Below, piece after piece: positions 15,443 to 20,000 of a stretch of DNA of 20,000 nucleotides. Source of the DNA: an uncultured virus (IMG/VR IMGVR_UViG_3300024265_000044). Its lineage: Duplodnaviria > Heunggongvirae > Uroviricota > Caudoviricetes. The notes below the pieces were generated by a model. The model saw only the letters and a list, made by a program, of their open reading frames with translations, was not told the DNA's origin and searched no databases. The DNA lies in IMG/VR virus record IMGVR_UViG_3300024265_000044. One strand, written 5' to 3'. The translations under genes were made by a program, and so were the position numbers. The stretch's first letter is position 1. Each line of letters opens with the position of its first letter.

Positions 15443-17346
15443 CGGATTGGGGTTGGCGGATCGAGCTTGGCAATTGCCTCGACGTTTTGGCGATGCTTCC
15501 CGATGAGTGCGTTGACGCCGTAGTCAGCGATCCGCCTTACGGTCTCGGGTTCATGGGCAAGGCCTGGGATCACAGTGTACCGGGGCCGGAGTATTGGCGA
15601 GCGGTGTTGCGTGTCATGAAGCCAGGTGCACACCTCGTCGCGATGGGCGGAACGCGGACGGCTCACCGGCTCGCATGCGCGATCGAGGATGCCGGCTTCG
15701 AGCTCAGGGATTCGATCGCTTGGATTTATGGGAGCGGATTCCCAAAAAGTTTGAATATATCGAAAGCGTTAGCGGATGAAAGATGTGGTTGTGATGAGAG
15801 ATCCAAAGGATCCGAGCCGGTTTTGCAACACGACATGCGACCGGTGCGGAGCGGGGATGTATCGGCGGCCGTGTCGACTGCGAGAGAACCGGGGCAAGTT
15901 TTGCAGCCGGTCATGTCGGAACAAGGTGCACCTAAACACCGGCCCGCGGAAACCGTTGCCGCAAATGCGCGGCGCGAACAACCCAGCGTGGAAGGGGGGC
16001 GTTACCTACCGGAGGCGCAAGGGGAACTACCCGATCTCGGTGAAGTACGTTCGCTGCCCGGCGGAATTGATGACGATGGCGCGCAAAGACGGTTACGTCA
16101 TGGAGCATCGACTGATCATTGCGAGGTTGGCGGGTCGACCGTTGACGCGAACGGAAGTGGTGCACCACGTCGATCACAATCCGATGAACAACAACCCGCC
16201 GAACCTGGAATTGTGGCCGGACAATCGGAGCCACAAGTTAGCGGAGCATGGCCGGCATGTGGAAGGTGCGGCAAACCGCGTATCCCTAGCGGCCTAGGCA
16301 CCGCGCTCAAGCCGGCATACGAGCCGATCATCGTCGCGCGCAAGCCGCTCGACGGCACGGTTGCCGCCAACCTCGAGCGACATGGCACGGGCGCGATCAA
16401 TGTCGACGGGTGCCGGGTCGGGACTGACAAGCGAACATACAAGGGGAGCGGCGTCAGTCACCAACGATACAGCGATGCGGGTGCGGGTCTCAGAGATGGC
16501 CGCGGCGCGGAAATTGAGTTTTCGGCCAACGGTCGTTGGCCGCCCAACTTGCTCCTCGCGCATTTGCCCGAATGTCGGCGGGTCGGGACGAAACGGGTGA
16601 AGGGTGCCCAGAATACTGCGGGGCCGCTTGGCGGTTATTCAGGCAGCGAGGGGAGCTACGAAAGGGGAACGGGGCGCGAGTACGGTGAGGCCGAAACCAT
16701 CTCCGCTTACGATTGCGCCGACGGTTGCCCGGTGCGGGCTATGGGCGAGCAGAGCGGGGAGCGGCCCGGCATGTCGGGCGGTGGCTCCCATGCGCCGGAC
16801 TATCCCGGCGGCATGTTCGGCGGCATCGACGCGCCGCACTTGGCGCGCAACGACTCCGGCGACGCTTCCCGGTTTTTTCCACAATTCGAGCTCGGTGAGA
16901 TGGACGCGCCGTTCCGTTACGTCGCCAAGGCGAGCAGAGCAGAACGCGAGGCCGGTTGCGAGGACCTACCCGCCAAGACGGCGGCCGAGGCGACGCATAG
17001 CAAGGAAGGGCAAGCGCGGCTCGACTCACCGCGCACCGGCGCGGGTCGGACCGCTGAGAGCGTCCGCAACCATCACCCCACCGTCAAGCCGGTCGAGCTC
17101 ATGCGGTGGCTCTGTCGGCTCATCACGCCACCGGGTGGGCTCGTCCTCGACCCGTTTTGCGGATCGGGAAGCACCGGCGTCGGCGCGACCGCGGAGGGTT
17201 TCCGGTTCATCGGCATCGACAAGGATCCGGACTATGTCGCGATTGCGTCGGCGCGCATCACTCACCGGGTCGGCGACGTCGGCGCCATGAAGCCGCCGCA
17301 AGCGCCAAGCAACCACAACCGCGCGCCACAGTTAAAGCTGTTTTGA
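15439..17346 (+). CDS. Orphan DNA methyltransferase, N4C/N6A beta class, 635 aa, with large internal insertion
   Basis: VVSDPPYGL (motif IV) precedes VLDPFCGSGSTG (motif I); WIYGSGFPKS, GTALKPAYEPI, GRWPPN, HPTVKPVELMRWL; ATG 15439 overlaps the upstream TGA. Confidence 0.95.
   Translation: MTDWGWRIELGNCLDVLAMLPDECVDAVVSDPPYGLGFMGKAWDHSVPGPEYWRAVLRVMKPGAHLVAMGGTRTAHRLACAIEDAGFELRDSIAWIYGSGFPKSLNISKALADERCGCDERSKGSEPVLQHDMRPVRSGDVSAAVSTAREPGQVLQPVMSEQGAPKHRPAETVAANARREQPSVEGGRYLPEAQGELPDLGEVRSLPGGIDDDGAQRRLRHGASTDHCEVGGSTVDANGSGAPRRSQSDEQQPAEPGIVAGQSEPQVSGAWPACGRCGKPRIPSGLGTALKPAYEPIIVARKPLDGTVAANLERHGTGAINVDGCRVGTDKRTYKGSGVSHQRYSDAGAGLRDGRGAEIEFSANGRWPPNLLLAHLPECRRVGTKRVKGAQNTAGPLGGYSGSEGSYERGTGREYGEAETISAYDCADGCPVRAMGEQSGERPGMSGGGSHAPDYPGGMFGGIDAPHLARNDSGDASRFFPQFELGEMDAPFRYVAKASRAEREAGCEDLPAKTAAEATHSKEGQARLDSPRTGAGRTAESVRNHHPTVKPVELMRWLCRLITPPGGLVLDPFCGSGSTGVGATAEGFRFIGIDKDPDYVAIASARITHRVGDVGAMKPPQAPSNHNRAPQLKLF
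15776..16297 (+). CDS. HNH homing endonuclease nested in the +1 frame within the methyltransferase
   Basis: CDRCG..FCSRSC, GANNPAWKGG, DGYVMEHRLIIARLAGRPLTRTEVVHHVDHNPMNNNPPNLELW...H; alternative ATG at 15794. Confidence 0.9.
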   Translation: MKDVVVMRDPKDPSRFCNTTCDRCGAGMYRRPCRLRENRGKFCSRSCRNKVHLNTGPRKPLPQMRGANNPAWKGGVTYRRRKGNYPISVKYVRCPAELMTMARKDGYVMEHRLIIARLAGRPLTRTEVVHHVDHNPMNNNPPNLELWPDNRSHKLAEHGRHVEGAANRVSLAA

Positions 17347-17358
17347 GGAGCCCATACG

Positions 17359-17718
17359 ATGAGCGATGACGGAAACTACTCGGCCAACGGCGAGCACCCG
17401 CCGATCGACCTCGACGAGCTTGCGGCATTGATGGCGCGCTTGGAAGCCAAGCCCGATCCGCTCGTTGCGCTCTGGCTAGGCACCGAAGCCTTCGAGGAGT
17501 TCAAAGAACGCGCCGAAGAGCTCGCGACGATTCCCGATGACAGTTGCGACCGCTATGCGCTCCAAGGAGTCGAGATTCGGCCGCATGCAAGCCTCAAGGG
17601 CCGGACGGTCGTGCCGGTCTATCGGTACCGTCGAGAGCTCACACCGGCGGAGCGGTTTCGCAATCCGCGCGGCGAGTACACCGGGACGCCTTTCAAGCTC
17701 GCCGAGTCGAAGCCATGA
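17359..17718 (+). CDS. Hypothetical phage protein
   Basis: SD GAGGAG; ATGA overlap downstream. Confidence 0.72.
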   Translation: MSDDGNYSANGEHPPIDLDELAALMARLEAKPDPLVALWLGTEAFEEFKERAEELATIPDDSCDRYALQGVEIRPHASLKGRTVVPVYRYRRELTPAERFRNPRGEYTGTPFKLAESKP

Positions 17719-18107
17719 CGAGCGTGCCCATCGTTCAACAGTGCGCGACGTGTCGACATTGGGAGCTAGATGTTGGCGAGGACGAAGCACTATTGCCGCT
17801 CCGAGAGTGTCAGCGTGACGACGAGTCTCAAGTCATCGTTGTTTGCATGGCGGAGGGCGGCATCGGCGCGAATCTATTCACCGCACCCGGTTTTGGCTGC
17901 TACGGGTGGGAGCACCGGACGCCGGAAGTTTTGGCCGCGCAACGACGCAACCGATGTCGTGAGCACCTCGGCCATTACTTCGACATTCTCGGTTACATGC
18001 TCCGCGAGGTCTCCGGCCGAGGTTGGTCGCGTGACACCCACAATTGGAAGGTCCGCGGGCGACAACTCCGCGAGGAGCTCGCCAAGGCCGAGGAGTTTGG
18101 CGCGTGA
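17715..18107 (+). CDS. Cys-rich hypothetical phage protein
   Basis: CATCRHW...EC...TAPGFGCYGWE; ATGA-coupled. Confidence 0.72.
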   Translation: MTSVPIVQQCATCRHWELDVGEDEALLPLRECQRDDESQVIVVCMAEGGIGANLFTAPGFGCYGWEHRTPEVLAAQRRNRCREHLGHYFDILGYMLREVSGRGWSRDTHNWKVRGRQLREELAKAEEFGA

Positions 18108-18343
18108 TCCGGTTCGTCGACATTCGAGGCGCCGACATTGCCGGTTGTCGGTTCTCGTTTTGGGACACCGTCAAAGACCGGTACATCGGAGTACCCGGTG
18201 AGTGGGCTTGGGAGACGTTCGAACAATTCGAGGAAGCGCTTGAGAGCTACTTCGACGTTTTGGGACACAACAAGGCCGAGCTCGTTGAGCGATGCAAGGA
18301 CCTCGCGCCTTGGTGGGCATTCTTGCCAGAGGTCGCGCCGTGA
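18104..18343 (+). CDS. Hypothetical phage protein
   Basis: SD GAGGAG, GTGA overlaps at both ends; VIRFVDIRG...FSFWDTVKDRY. Confidence 0.7.
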   Translation: MIRFVDIRGADIAGCRFSFWDTVKDRYIGVPGEWAWETFEQFEEALESYFDVLGHNKAELVERCKDLAPWWAFLPEVAP

Positions 18344-18687
18344 TCGCCGACAACCGGCCGACGAACGTCTACAGCTACGATCGGATGGTGATCTACATCA
18401 ACGGCGTCGAAGTCACCGCCGATTGGGCGACCATGGTGCGTGATGCCATCGAATCGCGGCCGCCGTATCGTGCGCCGCGGGATCCGTTCGAGGATGAGCT
18501 CCGCGACTTCCGCACCGCGGTCGAGCGACGCCGCGACGAGATCCGCGCGTGGACTCGCGAGGCGTTGTTGAGTCGGAGCGCCGCGGAGCGCGTTTGCCGA
18601 GCTCGCGATCCGTCGCAACGCGAAAGCGGCGAGTTTCGGATCCGCGTTCGCGCTTGTGGCTCGGCGTGGAGGACCACTTTGCGATGA
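18340..18687 (+). CDS. Hypothetical phage protein
   Basis: SD GAGGT, GTGA overlap. Confidence 0.6.
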   Translation: MIADNRPTNVYSYDRMVIYINGVEVTADWATMVRDAIESRPPYRAPRDPFEDELRDFRTAVERRRDEIRAWTREALLSRSAAERVCRARDPSQRESGEFRIRVRACGSAWRTTLR

Positions 18688-18869
18688 GGTCTGACCAGTT
18701 CCCGAAACTCAGGGGCCCGAGTTTCCGCGGCCCAAAACGCCCCCCGCGAATGCGTCTTTTTTGGACTATTTTGGACACAAGTGAACGCAAATCCACTGGA
18801 CACGCGCACACGCGCGCGCGCCCCCGCACATGTATTTGTGAAGGCACCCGGATCGGGGGTCTCGGATGA
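18684..18869 (+). CDS. Possible short coupled ORF across a regulatory-looking region
   Basis: SD GGAGGA; ATGA overlaps at both ends; atypical composition. Confidence 0.35.
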   Translation: MRSDQFPKLRGPSFRGPKRPPRMRLFWTILDTSERKSTGHAHTRARPRTCICEGTRIGGLG

Positions 18870-19090
18870 CGAAGATCATCCTCCACACCGACGGGATCCG
18901 TTGCGCGTTCTGCGGGAAGCCGAAGCGCGAGGTCCTACACCTCATCGCCGCGCCAGAGGGCTACGCGATCTGCAACGAGTGCATCACCGTATCGATAGGG
19001 CTCATCGCGCTCGAGATCGGCGTCCGGCCTAGTCAGGTTTACGGTGTTTTGATTTTGCGCCAAGCGCAGCAACGAGCGAAGAGCAAATGA
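18866..19090 (+). CDS. ClpX C4-type zinc finger protein (stand-alone)
   Basis: RCAFCGKPKREVLHLIAAPEGYAICNECI matches the ClpX N-terminal CSFCGK...LIAGP..ICDECV. Confidence 0.88.
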   Translation: MTKIILHTDGIRCAFCGKPKREVLHLIAAPEGYAICNECITVSIGLIALEIGVRPSQVYGVLILRQAQQRAKSK

Positions 19091-19782
19091 GCCGCCAAGA
19101 TTTCGACGCCGACATGGACGAGATGTTGAAGCTCGCGTTGGAGCTCGACAAGGTGAGGACGCAAGCCATCCCCCACGCTACCCGTAACAGCCTGAATGAG
19201 TCGGCCTTCCTCGGTCGGTTCACATGGCAAGGGGCTATCCGCACGAAGCTCATCACCCGAAACCGATTCACTGAGCGGCGGATAGGCGTCAACAAGGCCA
19301 GAGGCACCAACCTGCCAACGATGGAGGCCGTACTAGGGCACACCGAGCGCTACATGCGAACGCAGGAGGACGGGGGCATTGATAGGGGTGCCGTTCCCAT
19401 GCCTGCCGCCTCAGGTGAAAAGACCAAGCCAAGGCTCAGGCTAGTAAGACGCGCCAATGCAATGAAGGCTATCAGCCTGGCCATGCGAGGACGTAAGGGG
19501 AGCAAGCGCCAGAGAAACGCGGCAAGCATTCGCATCGCGCGCAAGGCAGGGAGGAAGTTTGTTTTCCTTCACACTGAACGAACCAAGGGCATCTTTCGCA
19601 TGCGTGGTGGTAAGCGGAAAGTCAAGTTCGACATGATTTGGAATCTGAAAACAAAGAGCAGGTTCATCAAGCCCACGCCAACGCTCGAGCCCACGATTCA
19701 GTTCATCAATCCGAAACTCCCACGACTGCACATCAAGTCTCTGAAGTTCCAGCTTAGGCGGCTTCGACTGATGGGGTTCTAG
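19087..19782 (+). CDS. Basic phage protein, lambda gpZ-like (tail completion/minor tail Z-like)
   Basis: QAIPHATRNSLNESAF resembles the q.pfA.a.aLn.tA pattern; Arg/Lys rich; sits just before a cosQ-like site. Confidence 0.55.
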   Translation: MSRQDFDADMDEMLKLALELDKVRTQAIPHATRNSLNESAFLGRFTWQGAIRTKLITRNRFTERRIGVNKARGTNLPTMEAVLGHTERYMRTQEDGGIDRGAVPMPAASGEKTKPRLRLVRRANAMKAISLAMRGRKGSKRQRNAASIRIARKAGRKFVFLHTERTKGIFRMRGGKRKVKFDMIWNLKTKSRFIKPTPTLEPTIQFINPKLPRLHIKSLKFQLRRLRLMGF

Positions 19783-19953
19783 TGAAAGGCCAGGGCCTAC
19801 AGGAAAAGCAGCACGTTTCGTGCAGGTTGAAGAGGGCACGGAACCCCTTTAAACGTAGTTGTTTCGCGATCGATCAGAATAACAGCATGAAAAGCGGTAC
19901 AGCGTGAAGTCACGAAACCCCTTAAAACATGCTGTTTTAGCCATCGAGCGAGC

Positions 19954-20000
19954 GGGTCCTGTGCGCAAGGGCCCCCCCCGGTGCCGTTCAGATTCGCGAC
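19954..20000 (+). other. Putative cos packaging site (cosQ-like GGGTCCT plus downstream cosN-like region)
   Basis: GGGTCCT 19954-19960 is identical to lambda cosQ and lies in non-coding DNA; TCGCG at 19994-19998 is within 1 nt of the lambda cosQ-to-TCGCG spacing. Confidence 0.55.

Larger units (their letters stand above)
1..20000 (+). mobile_element. Tailed phage/prophage early-middle region ending near the packaging (cos) site
   Basis: Dense co-directional small ORFs with NTGA overlaps, phage-type rep + DnaC-like loader, DUF5131, RuvC-like, HNHs, orphan MTase, gpZ-like gene and cosQ-like motif; no host housekeeping operon. Confidence 0.92.

Noticed and set aside
15776..16297. Intein or group I intron in the methyltransferase
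   Set aside because: No C-terminal His-Asn followed by Cys/Ser/Thr, and the nuclease is out of frame, so not an intein. There is no room for or sign of a ribozyme core outside the HNH ORF and the host frame stays open. An intron is not formally excluded without RT-PCR
15439..17346. MTase plus HNH as a conventional type II restriction-modification pair
   Set aside because: The HNH has homing-type architecture (Zn finger, NPAWKGG motif, HNH_3) and sits within the MTase loop, and this MTase type is normally orphan in phages. A functional link is not excluded
1..19150. Very frequent GAGCTC/CGAGCTCG hexamers
   Set aside because: Mostly explained by Glu-Leu codon pairs (GAG CTC); irregular spacing, so not a repeat array

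Overview
GC-rich tailed-phage or prophage segment covering the early/middle (replication, recombination, regulation) region up to the probable start of the packaging module. About 48 genes, nearly all on the + strand and mostly joined by 4-nt (A/G/T)TGA start/stop overlaps. Recognisable by motif: DUF5131 (Gp37/Gp68) protein, a two-domain beta-clamp-like protein with a Lys-rich tail, an RHH regulator, a stand-alone ACT-like domain, RuvC-like resolvase, DnaA domain IV protein, replication initiator with internal GTCAAA iterons, DnaC/IstB-like ATPase, a Zn-finger/sigma70-region-4 fusion, a beta-class N4C/N6A DNA methyltransferase, a ClpX-type C4 zinc finger, a gpZ-like protein and a lambda cosQ-like GGGTCCT at the right end. 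There are three HNH endonuclease genes. The most striking feature is that two of them leave the host translation pattern intact with no sign of splicing. One (15776-16297) is nested in the +1 frame exactly inside the variable loop of the still-open methyltransferase. The other (1793-2521, minus strand) is covered on the + strand by an ORF that is ATGA-coupled to both neighbours. All calls come from reading motifs by eye; no database searches were run.
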